A program made the translations under genes and the position numbers. Below, piece by piece: positions 1 to 13,700 of a stretch of 64,000 nucleotides of DNA. Numbering within the stretch: position 1 is the first letter of the stretch; each line of letters begins with the position of its first letter. Below the pieces are notes generated by a model. It worked only from the letters and a program-made list of their open reading frames with translations. It was not told the DNA's origin and did not search any database. Source of the stretch: Cystobasidiomycetes sp. EMM_F5 (taxonomy: Eukaryota). The DNA lies in NCBI GenBank assembly GCA_051047955.1, contig JBPGPT010000024.1, positions 1 to 64,000 on the forward strand, given 5' to 3'.

Positions 1-870
1 GCTCTCTGAGCATGCCTCAAGCGGCATCGCTGCTTCTGAGGTGCTCATCCGTACAAGCTCAAGTACAAGCGACTTTGAAACGTATCTCGACGCATCGAAC
101 GGCCCGCCCATGCCGCCGCCCAACCAGCCCCTACCACCGATACCTTCCATAGCGTCACCGATACTGTCTCACCCACCAGCCAAGCACTCATCAGTCATTG
201 CGCTGATGACCTCTGGCGGATCATCACGAGCGCCTCCAACGCCCCCTCCAAGTATGCCTCCTCCTCCGCTGCCAACTGAACGTCGGTCCTCCGTCGTTTC
301 CAGTAACACTCGACGCGATAGTCACACGCCAAGCGAGGTCGTTGTCTCACCGGCTATGCCACAGCGATCTGAGAGTATATCTGGCGATACTATCATTAGC
401 ATTGATGCTAGGGTGCACGCCAAGTTGGAAGATCAGGAGGCTACCATCGCACGCCTCAACAAGCAACTCCACCATTGCGAGGTCGAGTTGCGAGCCAATA
501 TTGATCTTGTCACCAGCCTGGAGGCTGCGATGAATGAGCAGGAGAGGACAATGCGTAAGAATCGTATTAACATGACCGATCTGGCAAGAGAACGCGACTT
601 GTACATGCAGCAATGTATGACGCTAAGACAGCAAGTCAATGATGCTCAACAGCAGGTCGATACGGCAAGAACTTCGCTTGTTTCGCTGCAAGAGGAATCG
701 AAGCAGCGAGCGGACACTCAACGTCGTGTACAGGCTGAAGCTCAACGGACGGCTGAGCTGCGCATGGCTGAAATGCAGAAATTGAATCGTCGCAGCAAAT
801 TCAATGTAAGTTTGAACAGGCGCTCATTTGCGTCACTTATACTGAAAATCGGTTTATACAGTGTTTTTGA
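1..870 (+). CDS. 3' end of a long coiled-coil protein, probably fungal kinesin-4 (KIF4/KIF21-like) tail; 5'-partial
   Basis: Pro-rich linker then heptad coiled coil (LEDQEATIARLNKQLHHCEVELRANIDLVTSLE...). Intron 806-861 (gtaagt...tacag) gives the C-terminus ...RRSKFNCF*. A polybasic-xxCF end is what I recall for fungal kinesin-4 tails; the motor domain is outside the window. Confidence 0.6.
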
Positions 871-1479
871 GGGAGCTGGCAGATCAATACCCCACCTTCT
901 AAGCCGTAATGCTGGCCTTATTGGATCTATAAACTTTGCACCGCAACTAATCAGTTGCTTGTATTTAGGCTAAGTACTCATCAATAATTTGTCGTTGTTC
1001 ACGATGCGGAATACGAGCCCTAAGATAGATTGGGTATGCGACCAGCTGATCTACTCCAATACTATACTCTCCAACACAGAGGACGCAAGCTGTCGCTCTC
1101 GCATTGTTATCGCTCCTCTCGACGCGTCGTGTCGTCGGCTGTGCACGTGACCTATTTCGCTCTGAATTGTTCGGCATCGCTAGCCGATGCAGACCTTTCC
1201 TTCATTTCTGCGTCGTTGAGCCTGCACTTCTACCAGAAACCTGCTCCATTTTCATTCCTGCATTTGCTGCCTTGCATGGCTCCGGCGCATCTGGGCCATT
1301 TTCTTCAAACGAAGCACAGCTCTGGGGATATTCGCATAGGCTCGATAAAAGTGTGACTCGCAGCTGTCGCACCTCATGGGTATGGCAATCAAGTATTCGC
1401 TGACGCAGGTATCATGTAGACCGTGCATTACTACTCAGAAAGGGTTGTGGATCTCCAATAACCTATCGGGACTATCAGT

Positions 1480-3155
1480 ATGGCGGCCATAAATCCGCTG
1501 CCTACTGAAGTATCACCCGAGACCATCGATAATATTCGACAAGCGCAAATCCCTACGCCTCGAGATTCACTAGGTCTCTCCGAAGCATCAAAGCTAGAAA
1601 AGGATGAGGAGACAGGGTTGGCACAAAGTAGCGAGAGCTACTATCCCGATGGCGGTCGGCAAGCATGGACTGTGGTATTTGTGAGTTCAGAGAAAGAAGA
1701 AGTGCTGCCGCAAAGACCTTATGAGCAATTTTGCATGCAGGGAGCCTGGATATTATGCGCTAGCACGCTTGGGTAGGTTTTGTTCGAGCAGACTCTTGGG
1801 CAGTAGCTCATCAAGTCTTGACCACTTCAACAGGTTTGGTCTGGTTTGGGGAATTTTCTCGCAATACTACATCGACTACGTCTATCCCGACACGTCGCCT
1901 ACTATTCTCCAATTCATCGGCGGCTTGTATTCCTTCGTGAGCCTTAATAGGATGACAAGCAATGAGCCATGCTGAACACATTTGTTCGCAGGTATCTACT
2001 GGTACAGCCTTCCTTGCGGGAAGAGCAGGGGAACGCCATGGCTATAAAGTAAGTCGGTCGAGCATGTTCGCCGACATGCGCATACGGTATGCTGATGTGC
2101 GTCTTATTTTAGCGCATGATTGCTATCGGTTCCACTTCCTTCATTACGTGTCTGTTCATCTCTGCTTTCACCTACCAATATCTCGTAGCCGTTTTCATCG
2201 TACAAAGCGTAGGCTTGGGCGTCAGCACTGGCATTACGCTCCCTCTCATCATGGCAATTCCTAGCCAATGGTTCAAGCGGAATCGCGCACTCGCCACTGG
2301 CGTGACGACTAGCGCATCAGGGATAGGTGGCGGTATATCAACGCTGCTTCTCCGAGTGTTGTTGCGTGATGTTGGACCTCGCAACACCTTCCTCATTTTC
2401 GCTTCGATCCAAGTCGTCACCATCGGCTGCGGCTTATATCTCGTTCGACTGCGGGATGTCCCGGAGAATCGCCTCCCGCCTACATGGCTTCCTACGGGAA
2501 TCTGGCACAACCTCTCTTGGTACAGCTTATGCGTAGGAGTCTTCGTTGCACCATTCGGCTTTCTCTCGCCATTCTACCTAATAACGGGATACACGCAAGA
2601 GTTTGTGCCCGGGCTGGACGGCCGCTCATACGCCGCTGCTGTGCCAGTCCTAGTAATGAACGTCGTCTGTGAGTTTATCGCTGCACTTCGAAGTGCGAGG
2701 TTATTGACAATACGCGCATGCCTTCAGCTGGCCTAGGGCGTATTCTTGCCGGCCTCATCGCGGATCGAATAGGTCCACTCAATACAATGATGCTAAGTTT
2801 TACGCTAGGAGGGTTGTTTCAGATGGCTTTGTGGCCTTTTGTCCGCTCTTTTGGATCCATCACCGCGTTTGCAGCGGTTGAAGGTCTTGTGGTATCCTGG
2901 TTTATTTCGCTAATGGCGCCAGTGTCTTCATCACTATTCGGCTCATATGGTATCGCTACAACTGTTGGAGCTCTTATGATGATCAATGCGCCCGGTCAAC
3001 TCCTCGGAAATACCATATCAACCGCCATCCTACAAAACACGAATCGGAAATGGTACGCTGCTACTACTTTCAGCGGCGGAATGATGCTACTGGCAGCCTT
3101 TGCGCTCATCCCTGCAAGAGTCAAGAATCAGAAACGACTTTTTGGCAAGATATGA
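1480..3155 (+). CDS. MFS transporter, monocarboxylate permease (MCH/MCT-like), multi-exon
   Basis: Motifs YPDGGRQAWTVV, PSQWFKRNRALATG..SASGIGG and GRILAGLIADRIGPLN; many hydrophobic segments; several GT-AG introns join the ORF pieces. Confidence 0.9.
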
Positions 3156-3948
3156 GGGGAATCTAGTCGGTGTTTTGTGGCATAATGACCTGTTAGAACT
3201 GGCATACAGTGTATTTATCGCAGCACTTGATGGACATATTGTTAGCATCTGCAGTGTGTTCGCAGTGCATCAGCCAACGATTGCTATCTGGTTGAAACAA
3301 GCCTTGTATGGTCCAGCATGACGCGTTTCGACAGTTTCCGACCTCAACCTCGCTGACACAGCGCGGAGACTTTCCAGACACGACCGTTGCAACGGATGGA
3401 TAAACAAGCATTTCGACGTGGACGATGCACACACGCACGGCACGCACAATGTATGTTGTGCTTGCGGAGTAATCTTCACTGCAGACTGTGCACGAACGTA
3501 GGATAAAAGTTTGAAGAGCCAGTTTTGCGAGGCGACGGAAGCGGAAAGAGCAAGCTGTTTCGGATGAGCCGTGATCAGCGCCGTGAGGACTCGTGAGACT
3601 GATGGTTGTGTGTGTGCAGCACCAAACTTGAGTGTTTTTATCATGAAGAGTTTCCTGATATCCTGACATCCCGGCATCCAATTTCTTTCGCGTCAAAATC
3701 TCAGCTGTCTTGCATACCTGCTCGTAGCTGTGAAAGGAAATTTGAGGATCAATACGCAGGAGCAAGCACAATCAGTTCAACTCGAGTTCTCGTCGGAAAG
3801 TATCGGTCGTGAACAACGAAACAGCCTTTCAGCTGTCATTTAGCTGTCCGATGCTTCAGCGATCCAGCAGGGTATTCTGAGGCGGCGGGCATCGAGGACC
3901 ATCGAAGCAACAAGCGAGAGAATCGGAGGGCACAAAGCGCGAAAGAGA

Positions 3949-6308
3949 ATGGAGGGAATGCAGATTGGCACACTCGATTTGCCGACAAGCGCCAACAGCG
4001 CCAACAGCTTCAACAGGATCGCCGGCACTTCCAACCAGCGTTTGAATACATCGTACAATCCGCAAGCTGGAGCCAACAACAACGACAGCACATCTGCAGA
4101 TTCACGTCAACAAAACCAATTCCATCAACAAGCTTCGCATTACGGAGACTCTGTAGCCTCGACTTCTTCAGGCAGTCGCCACTCGTTTTCGTCAGCCCAA
4201 CAGCCTGTTTACGCGTACAATTCGAGCAGCAATAGTTTCGGAGCTCAGCAATCTGGACAGCAATCTTACGATGGGCACACCGGCGGGTCTGCGAATGCAT
4301 CGTCCACAAGCGACACTGCCCTTAGCTTGAACTATCGTAAACAATCGCAAAGCAACTCCTTCTTTGACAGCTTGTCCTTCAAAGCCGATCAGCAGCACAT
4401 TGCCGCATCGCAGAACGTCTTTGCGTCGTCTCAACCTCCACTGTCTGCGTCTTGTTCAAATCAGCCTCCTTTGGCCTCTGTGAGTAGCTTGCATTGTATT
4501 CGTCGGTAAGAATGCATGCTAATCGCTACGATGCCATTCTCCTATCGGGCTCCAATAATACCTGTTAGCCATCTTCGTTCAAACACCCTTCGAATATATC
4601 CCTCAATACTACCGAAGATCAACAAAATACATTCAAAGTCCCAGAAAACAGACCATCCACCATGTCTTCCTCTTATCCGGGCGAATCCTACTTGACAGGC
4701 AATAACGGCAAAGGTCGGGTAGTTTCAGACTCCTTTGGCACGCAGGCAGCCTCAGCAGGACCTCCTTCGCCGAGCCGGATGGATATGCTTCCGCATCAGC
4801 CTACGCATTACCTTCATTCGAGCGGAAACAGTGCTTCCCTAGCATCTCCAAACCAAAAGCATGCTCATCTCAAGTCCAACTTCGATGCAGCATCGATGGA
4901 TGTGGACAATGGTCACATCGGCAGCGGAAAGGCCAAAGCCCAGGAGACTTACGAGCCGATCTCCATCAACTCAAAGCAAGCTACAACAAAGGGAAGCTCG
5001 ACTACGTCAGAGTTTACCAAGCGCAAAAATTGGTCGCAACGTATTGTAGAGGAATTACAGGATGTTTTGCACGTCTTGTCACCATCTGGCTCATTTCTGT
5101 TTGCTTCGCCTAGCGTTGTAGATTTAACTGGATACACCCCTGAAGAACTGCTGGGCCGCAGTGTGACAGAGTTTATGGAGCGGGACGATATCGATCACTT
5201 CATCAAGGACTTTACAGCATCCATACAAACGGAACGACCGCTAACAACATATTACCGCTTTAAGAGGAAAGATGAAAAGCCTGTGCTATTTGAGGTGACT
5301 GGTCAACCATACTACACTTCGAATCAAGCAGCAAGCACGTCGACAAAGAAAAACAAGAATCACTCTGGGGATGCCATAATGTCTGACGTCAAGTCTGGCC
5401 GTAACAAGACCAGCGGTAGTCGTTCAGAAGAAAAGGTATGCAAGTGCTTCTTCGCCATGGCTAGACCTTATCCAAGCAAGAGCACGGCCATGCTCGACTC
5501 CTTTCTGGAGCTCAAGATAGAGAATGAAAAGTTGCGACAGAAGCTATCGGAAATATATATCGAAATTGAGGGCAACGATCCAAATGCGGCATCTGGCAGT
5601 GCTGCTAACGAGCGGAATCGCCGTATGACGATAGATACGAGCAGTACTGCGCTTGCAGATGGCGCTGCAGAGCGACAGATATCGGGGATTCCGAACCGTA
5701 GTGCGACTCAAACGTCCTTCCCTCACCAGCAGTCTCAACGATCTGCGCAGGCGGACAACAACACTGCTTTCGATACTTCTTACTTTGGGCATTCGGGTCA
5801 GAATGCAAACAACCCGTATTATAATCCTGCCGTGAGTGGGCAACAGCAGTCGCATCAACAGCAAAATGCGAATGGCCTCGATAATCATGGCCAGCTTGCT
5901 CGTGGAATCGCCATCGACGGGCGCGATGTGCTTGTGTCATCATCCGGTCTCATACCGTCGACCAGTAATACTTATGGCGCGCTAGGCATTGGGATATCGT
6001 CCGCTACTGCACGGAACAGTGCCAATGCCTCGTCTCAGCCTGCCGGCAATCAAAATACGGCAGGAGCTTCTGGCGGCACTGCAGGAGACGGCGCGGAACA
6101 AGAAGACAAGAAGAAGAAGCCGAAGAAGCCGAGAACGGATGAAGGGGAGTTTGTCTGTCGTGATTGCGGCACGGTCGATTCGCCAGAGTGGAGGAGGGGT
6201 CCACTGGGGCCAAAGACGCTATGTAACGCATGCGGTCTACGCTGGGCAAAGAAGAATAAACAAGCTACGCGCCATTCGATATCAGAATTTCCGGTTCCTC
6301 AGCAGTGA
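3949..6308 (+). CDS. WC-2: White collar-2-like PAS + GATA zinc-finger transcription factor
   Basis: PAS domain ([40 protein letters not shown]), [14 protein letters not shown] coiled coil, C-terminal GATA finger [32 protein letters not shown]. Intron ~4481-4568. Confidence 0.9.
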
Positions 6309-6620
6309 GGTGAATAGTATCAGCTTCAGCATAGCATAATTTATTTGCCCGTTTCGCATAGTATATTCGCCTCCAAGCCTGATACAAGGTCCGTATTACA
6401 CGTGTGCGGTGTACTAAGCATGTAAACCCAGTTTATATTTCCGCGAAAGTGTTCGCGTAATAATGGTGCCCCGCTCGGTTACCCGCTTCCGAGTCGGCAA
6501 CATATTCCCCCGGCATTGGCAGTGATGTGAAATCGCCAATATGTGCAACGCTCTTGCTCTGTTCTTCGTATTTCGCCTTGTTTCTCTGAAAGGTTGCTAC
6601 ATCTGATTTAGCGATACTCT

Positions 6621-8774
6621 ATGAGACTCCTGGTGTTTTCTTCCTTGGCATCCACAGCGTTTGCTTTGACGATCCGCCAAGATTCCAACACTTCAACAGC
6701 TACCAACTTCACGACAAAGTGCTTGAACTTCAGACCTAATAATGTCACGAATGTTACGTTTGCAAATGTGACATACTACGCGGCCAATGCCTCCGTTTAC
6801 GCCACGTCTCCACAGCAGACGATTAATACAACTATACTACCAGCTTTCTGCCGTGCGTCAAATCTTCGCTACGTCAGGGAATCTTTCTGACATGGTTCTT
6901 TGATACTATAGGCGTGGCCTTCTACGTGAATACAACTGCAGCATCCGCTGCATTCTCGGAACTATGGCTTCCCGATTCATACAATGGTCGTCTCATGGGC
7001 ACGGGTAACGGAGTGAGTTGCTGATCAACTTCCAGACGTATCCAGACTGAAGGTGTTTGCGCAGGGATGGGCCGGCGGAGTGGCATATGGCGATGTCGGT
7101 TTTTTGGGAACGCGAAATGGTTTCGCCATGTTTGGTACAAATACTGGACACGACACTAACTCAGCGAATACGTCTTGGGGTGTCAACAATCCAGAAGCAG
7201 TGCTCGACTTTGGTATCAGCCGGGCTCTAGCGCAAACGACTATCGCATCGAAAACTATGGTTCGGCAATACTATGGCTCAAACGCGACAAGAACGTACTA
7301 TAGTGGCTGCTCCACCGGTGGAAGACAGGGGTTTCAGCTGGCGACCCTCTATGTACGTAACGCTGTCTTTTATATGTGCATACCGCATGAACCCGATTCT
7401 ACCTGACTTTGAAGCCGGATCTATTCGACGGCATTATCGCTGGTGCCCCTGCAAACTGGTGGTGCGTTAAATTCACAGCCCTGAGATTGAGTATCTCACG
7501 TTATACTTGTTTCAGGACTCATCTTCTGCTTTCGGAAGCATATTTCGGGGATCTTGTCCGACCGATAAATTCGACACAATGGATCTCAGCATCTCTGTGG
7601 AATTCCATCGCTACTGAAGTCCTTCGCCAATGCGATAGTATTGATGGAGTGGCGGACGGAGTTCTGCAGGATCCGAAAGCCTGCGCGTTCCGTCCCGAAG
7701 CCATGTCTTGCAAGCAAGGCGCTACGGATACCTCAGCATGTCTGAATCCTGCACAGATTGCAGTAATCAAGAAGATATACAGTCCCTGGACTGATAGTCT
7801 ACAGAATCTGATGTTTCCAGGACTAAATTATGGCACCGAAAACAGCAATCCAAGTGGCCTGTTTGGGGTCAATCCTTTCATCTATGCAATGGGAGAACTC
7901 ATGCTTATGGGTCTTGTGTCAGTCACGCGTATCATATCTTGTTTCGATACGGCTGACGAACATGTGCTCAGCAACGACACTAACCCGTACAATGCATCGG
8001 CAATCACTGTTGATACTGTCAAGCTGGCTGATCAGCTCGATCCCGGCCGCTTCAATGTACGGACTTTGGAGTAAACATACCTAGCACGTGTGGATACATC
8101 TGATGCGCGTGCTACGCAGACCATCAATCCCGACCTTCGGGCATTCCAAGCCAGAGGCGGCAAGATCTTGCATTATCATGGTCTTGCTGACCGCTTAATT
8201 GCTCGTAAGCTTGATAACCCGCCCAGGCCTTAGAAGTATGAATCTTAACATGTATCTGAATACTGTCTTGTCATAGCCGACAATTCTGTCAACTTCAGGA
8301 ACAGCATCGACCAGTTCTTCTTGATGAATACCAATGTATCAACAGACTCGTTCTACCGCTTCTTCCAAGTACCCGGGATGGATCAGTAAGTTGTCTGCAT
8401 CCCGTCTCAGGTCGACTGCTAACGTCGATCATAGTTGCTACAACGGAGCTGGCGCGAATGTGTTTGGACAAGCTGGAGCTGCCAATGTTGGGTCTTTCGC
8501 CGTCGCCACCAATCCGCAAAACGACATAACATCAGCAATGCTTGCATGGGTTGAACAGGGTATTGCACCAGAGAACTTCACAGCTTCACACTACGTCAAC
8601 AATACTCGAAGTCAAGGAGTGGCATTCCAGCGGACTCTTTGCAAAGTTAGTCTCGCGGCGTTATTATCAGGATATATTACAGGCTAAGCTGACAATCTAT
8701 ACTCGCAGTACCCAGCACGGTCGATCTACACGGGCGGCAACACTTCACTAGCGTCTTCCTGGGGCTGCGTGTAG
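6621..8774 (+). CDS. Secreted tannase / feruloyl esterase family protein, many introns
   Basis: Signal peptide MRLLVFSSLASTAFA; ELWLPDSYNGR; YYSGCSTGGRQG nucleophile motif; FDGIIAGAPA; GGKILHYHGLAD; PGMxHC-like region; AWVEQGIAP; many NxS/T sites. Confidence 0.92.
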
Positions 8775-9546
8775 AGGGTGTGAAGGGGGAAACCCAGTTA
8801 GTCGGGCAGAGAAAGTAAGGTCACGTTATTCCAAGGGTGCAAGAGCAGATAGCTCGCAAGAATAAAAGAGACGTTTGAGTCTCGATAAGTCCATGATCTG
8901 AACGCGAACAATCAGATTCGCCTATTAGTCTCGTTAGTGTGAATGACCATCTTATTAGGAGATTTAAAGCTGTGAATTTCGGAATGGCGTGTTGGTACCC
9001 GGTATGCACACCGTCTCGGCATGACCATTGCAGAACTTTCCCACATGACCTGGCAGTGGCAGCTTCTTGTATCGTTTGCTATAGCGATGTTCGGAAAGGG
9101 CCTTTCTTTTGCTTTAGCAATATCTGCAATTTTTCTTTGATCAATTTCGGAATTTCTCTGGGGGTTTCGCTGCAAGCCATTCGGGAACAGCAAACACTAC
9201 CGCAAGGCACTTCGAGCTTGGTGAGTGTGCACGTACAGCTGCAGGCCCTTCAGAATCTCTGCTGACCGACATTCCGTAATTGCAGACCTTTCCTCAATGT
9301 GAGTTTCATGCACGAATGGGCTGCCTACTGGTGGCAGACGGGGCCAGAGCACAGACAGATGCTGATTGATTGGTAAACTCTCTTCGGATCCGGTATACGC
9401 CTACTTTCGCCGTCATGAAATGCCCGAATCGTTGCTGTACGCCCTGCAATCAATTGCGAATTGGACGTCTTGCGATTGTATCCAACTGCACGTACGGACG
9501 TCTGGCCGTAATATCTGCGCTACACATATCCGACCCGCAATATCAG

Positions 9547-10200
9547 ATGGGTGCTACCGGTACATTCAAGAAGCTCGCGCCTAAAAAGGTGTCGACGCAC
9601 TTTTACGACCCTGCGACCGCTGAGCGCAAAGTGTCACGAAAGCGCAATACAACCGCCAAGCTCCGCTCTTCCATCACACCCGGCACTGTCCTCATTCTCC
9701 TCGCCGGCAAATACCGTGGGAAACGTGTCGTCTTCCTGAAGCAACTGCCTTCCGGTCTCCTGCTCGTCTCCGGTCCATTCAAGATCAACGGCGTCCCGCT
9801 CAAGCGTGTCAACCAATCCTATGTCATTGCGACGCAGACCAAAGTAGACCTTGCGTCTGTGACAGTGCGTGCCGTTTCAACCAAGGCAAGGGTCGACAGA
9901 GACTGACTTTGGGGTAAAAATCAACAGGTGCCAGAAAAGGTCGACGACGCATACTTTGCAAAGGACAAGGCAGCCAAGGGCAAAGGCACAGAGAAGGAGT
10001 TCTTTGAGGGTGGAAAGAAGGGCAGCAAAAAGTCTGCTTCTTCAGAAAAGACTGCCTTCCCATCAGACAAGGCGGAGGACCAAAAGAGCGTAGACAAGGC
10101 GCTGCTCGAGGCAATCAAGAAGACGGAGAACCTCAGCTCTTACCTCGGCTCAACCTTTTCTCTGTCTCGGGGACAGTACCCGCATCTCTTGCAGTTCTAA
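9547..10200 (+). CDS. RPL6: 60S ribosomal protein eL6
   Basis: [29 protein letters not shown]...[22 protein letters not shown]-terminus [19 protein letters not shown]. Coding intron ~9866-9927; two likely 5'UTR introns (9221-9285, 9299-9546). Confidence 0.97.
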
Positions 10201-10765
10201 GTGCAGACTGTGCGGTGCTCTCTCTACGCACCTGCCACTGGGCGATGCGTGGAAACGACAATCGACCAACGGGAGAGTTTCTGGACAGGCGTTTGACTCT
10301 AATTGTGGGCGTCATCATCACCTGGTGACGAGGAGTGGCAGTGTATTCCCTCCGCCAGAGTGGGATGGCGCAGCAAACCCTGTCCGACTGGTAGACGTGT
10401 AGCAAGAATAGCGAGTTCGTGCTGCAGCAATCTATCTTCGATACTGAATGCGGTTTTTGGGACAGTCGCGGATCATTCGACCATGCTTATTCAGCAGCAA
10501 GTTCTGACGACAAGCCAGGCTTGCCTCTCCATTTCAGACCACCTTTTGCCCGTCTCTTGCTTGCTGACCTCTGCACGTTTATTGCCAACACCTGCGCCTT
10601 AGTCAGCCCAAACTTGCATTGTGTTTCGAACGTGCCGTCCCTTTGGCCTACCTTCAACTCGGACTCTGCGACAACAACAAACAACACCTGCATGCTCCGT
10701 CTGCATAGCTCGTGACGGCGAGTGCGGATGGGAAGAGGCACGAGCAGCGAGACGGGCGGGCGACC

Positions 10766-13700
10766 ATGCAGGACCATCGACCACTGGGCGCAGCGGCAGC
10801 GACAGCGACAAAGCAGCTGCCCCGCCCAATAAGCATACCGTCGCGCATGGCCAGTCAGAGCAGCGTACTGTCAGACTCGCACGACGGCTCCGCTGGCAGC
10901 CCGCACTGCCCGCAGATTGACTACACCCTCGCAGAGCACGGCAGCGACGTCGACGACGATGTTCACGAGGATATTACCGTACGGCCGTCGGTGCGTCGTA
11001 AGGATCGTTTACGACAGGCTACGCTCCAGAATGAGCCCGCCATATCGTCCGCAGAGACGCCTGGAGCGTCAGAGAAGGCTGCCGGCGATAGCGAATCTGA
11101 GCTCGCCGCAACAGACGTCAGGTCGGACGATGATGATGGAATACACCTGGACGACCATACAGACAGCCTGGATCAAGCGACGAGTCCTACAGACGACGAT
11201 GACGCAACGACCTCGCGCAAAGCTTCCGTTTCGTTGCAGCTCTTCAAAGAGGCAGCAAAGGCGGCAGCAGCGACAGCTAGGGACATGCAGGCCGTACGAG
11301 CGGAGATGAAGTCGAGGAGCGGCAGTGGTACCGGAGCATCGTCTGCTGCGGGTAGCTTGGTGACGACGCCTGCCTTCGGCCCGCCCTCTGGCACAATGTT
11401 TCCAACACTGCCATCGACTTCTGATAAGGATGCTTACACGCAGAGACCCTATCCTCGGCCGCATCAACCATCATTCTCTGCGAAATCTGATGTGTCTATA
11501 CGGACAGGCCGTTCAGCTTCGGCCAGTACGACACCTTCTACAATCAGGATTCCTTCTACAGCTACTGTGCATTTAGAATATCATCAATCACCGTCCAGTA
11601 CAGAGGTACCGACGCAAATGTCGCTAGGTTCTACATCGTCTGTTCCACTCGGGGCAAAATCGCCAGCGACGGCAGACTTGCCGGTTGCCAAATCAAAATC
11701 CCGGTCATCAACCCTTGCGGGCGTATCGGTACAGTTCCCATCGTCTGCTGCCAAAGCAGGCTACAGTATAGAGGCTACTATTTCCGAAAAGGCTGGAGCC
11801 AAGGCGTCCAGTGCTCAGCCTAGCCCTTCAGAGTACAATCTGCCAGTACAAGTATCCTACTCTTCCCAAGTGACTCCGTCCAGCTCGTATTCCGGAGAGC
11901 ACTCTTTCGGACAGGGAGGTCATGGGTCATTCGTGACTGGGCAAGCACCTAGCACGTCTCACGGAGATGTGAAGCGGGATCTCAAGCGCATGCCGTCGCG
12001 TACAGTTAGTAATGCATCTTCAGCCATGAGCAGTCCTCGTATATCTAGACATAACACGCAGTATAACCATGCAGCTGATGTCGATATAATCAAAGCCGAA
12101 CTACACTTTCCCGACACACCTATGCGGCAAACGGCAAGCGGATATCGCCAACGTCCTGGACCACAGACTTTAGACTCCATGCGGGGAGGATCGGTCTCCA
12201 CGCATACAGATGGTCAGAGAACGTCCTCGAGCAAACCTTCATCACCCCTACTGCCGCCCCATTCTCCGCTGCAATCTAACAATAGTGGCTTCTTCTCCCA
12301 CATGTCCCAGGCCAGACCGCCATCGCCAAAGGCTTTACCATCACACGGTTCGGCTGCGGTCTCGTTACCCTCTACCCAAATGATGGCATCGGGGACACGC
12401 GATGCAAATACTGAAGTCGCTTCCACTTCGACGGTTGTTGCTAACCCAATGCCTATCCCTTCATTGGCTCATGTGATCTCGGCTACACACTCTGTCATTC
12501 CCCCAGGCAGCACTTCACAGACCTCGCAGAGCCATAGCGTGACGGAAGTGGCGACCTCACCGTTAGTCGCAGCGGGCATCTCCACCTTGCCGCAGATCAG
12601 CGCCACCGTTTCTCCTTCTATGCCTCTCCGGCGCAAGTCCTTTAAGATTATCTCCTCTGCGGCTACACAATCCTATAGTCTGCATCAGGCCCTGGCTCAG
12701 GCCTCTGTACAGCCAGAGCCAGCAAATGCTGTACCGGTGCCACGTCCGCTGGATACGGATCATCTCGAGAAACGACTCGAGAAGCTAGTGTTGCAGGAAG
12801 GGTCTCGTGTTACCTCGAGCCAGCTGGACAAGGTTGGTCAAGTTCATGCAGGTGGTCACCCGGTTCTCGAAAGGGACGGGTCGAGTGAAGACTCAGCTGC
12901 GGAGAAGGCTCGATACGTACCGCTTTCTGATGACCACGAGAAAGATTACGACTACGAGCTTGATGTTGGTAATCACGCTCACGAGGGCCAATTGCAGGGT
13001 ATTTTGTCTCCTCATCAGGACCGTAACACGAAGCGGTCAAACATTGTGGCGACGGAGCGGCTCTCTCCTGCTGCAAAGCAGATATCTTTGCCAGGTTCCG
13101 ACTCTTCCAACAATGTGATCGATACTGCTCTGAATCATCAGCAACAATCTTCGGAGTTTGATGCCGGGGAGGCTGCTTTTGCAGACGATGAAGAACAGGA
13201 TGATGTGCCTGCGTGAGTGTATCGTGTATTGCATGACGTGTGTATGCTGACAAATACTGAAATGAATGCTGGTCGCAGCCTTCCGCATATGGTTACGTTG
13301 AAACCGTTCAAAAACCAGGTCGGTGGTCACAATCACATGTTTCGCTTTTCTCGTCGAGCTGTCTGCAAGCTTTTGACCTCACGAGAAAATCAATTCTATG
13401 AGGCTGTTGAACGACAACATCCAGAACTGCTGTCGTTTGTGCCGCAATATCTGGGGGTTTTAAACGTAACATATCGTAGAGCTCCTCGCCAAGAGGCAGA
13501 TGAATCAGATACACACAAGAAAGCTGCTTCCGTTATTGACGATGGGCGAGCTGGTCGCAACATTTTCCGCAAGAAAGGACGGGCGCGTGGAGGGCGGAGC
13601 GGCGCTAGTACCCCGGCACAGCAAGTAGGAGATCAAGCTGTTTCGAATCTTCCAGGGACAAATGGGCATATCATGGGTAATGCAGAAGGCTCGGTGGAAT

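Noticed and set aside
3193..3771. 192-aa minus-strand ORF between the MFS and WC-2 genes
   Set aside because: Non-ATG start, random-looking composition, no motif; likely promoter/UTR DNA.
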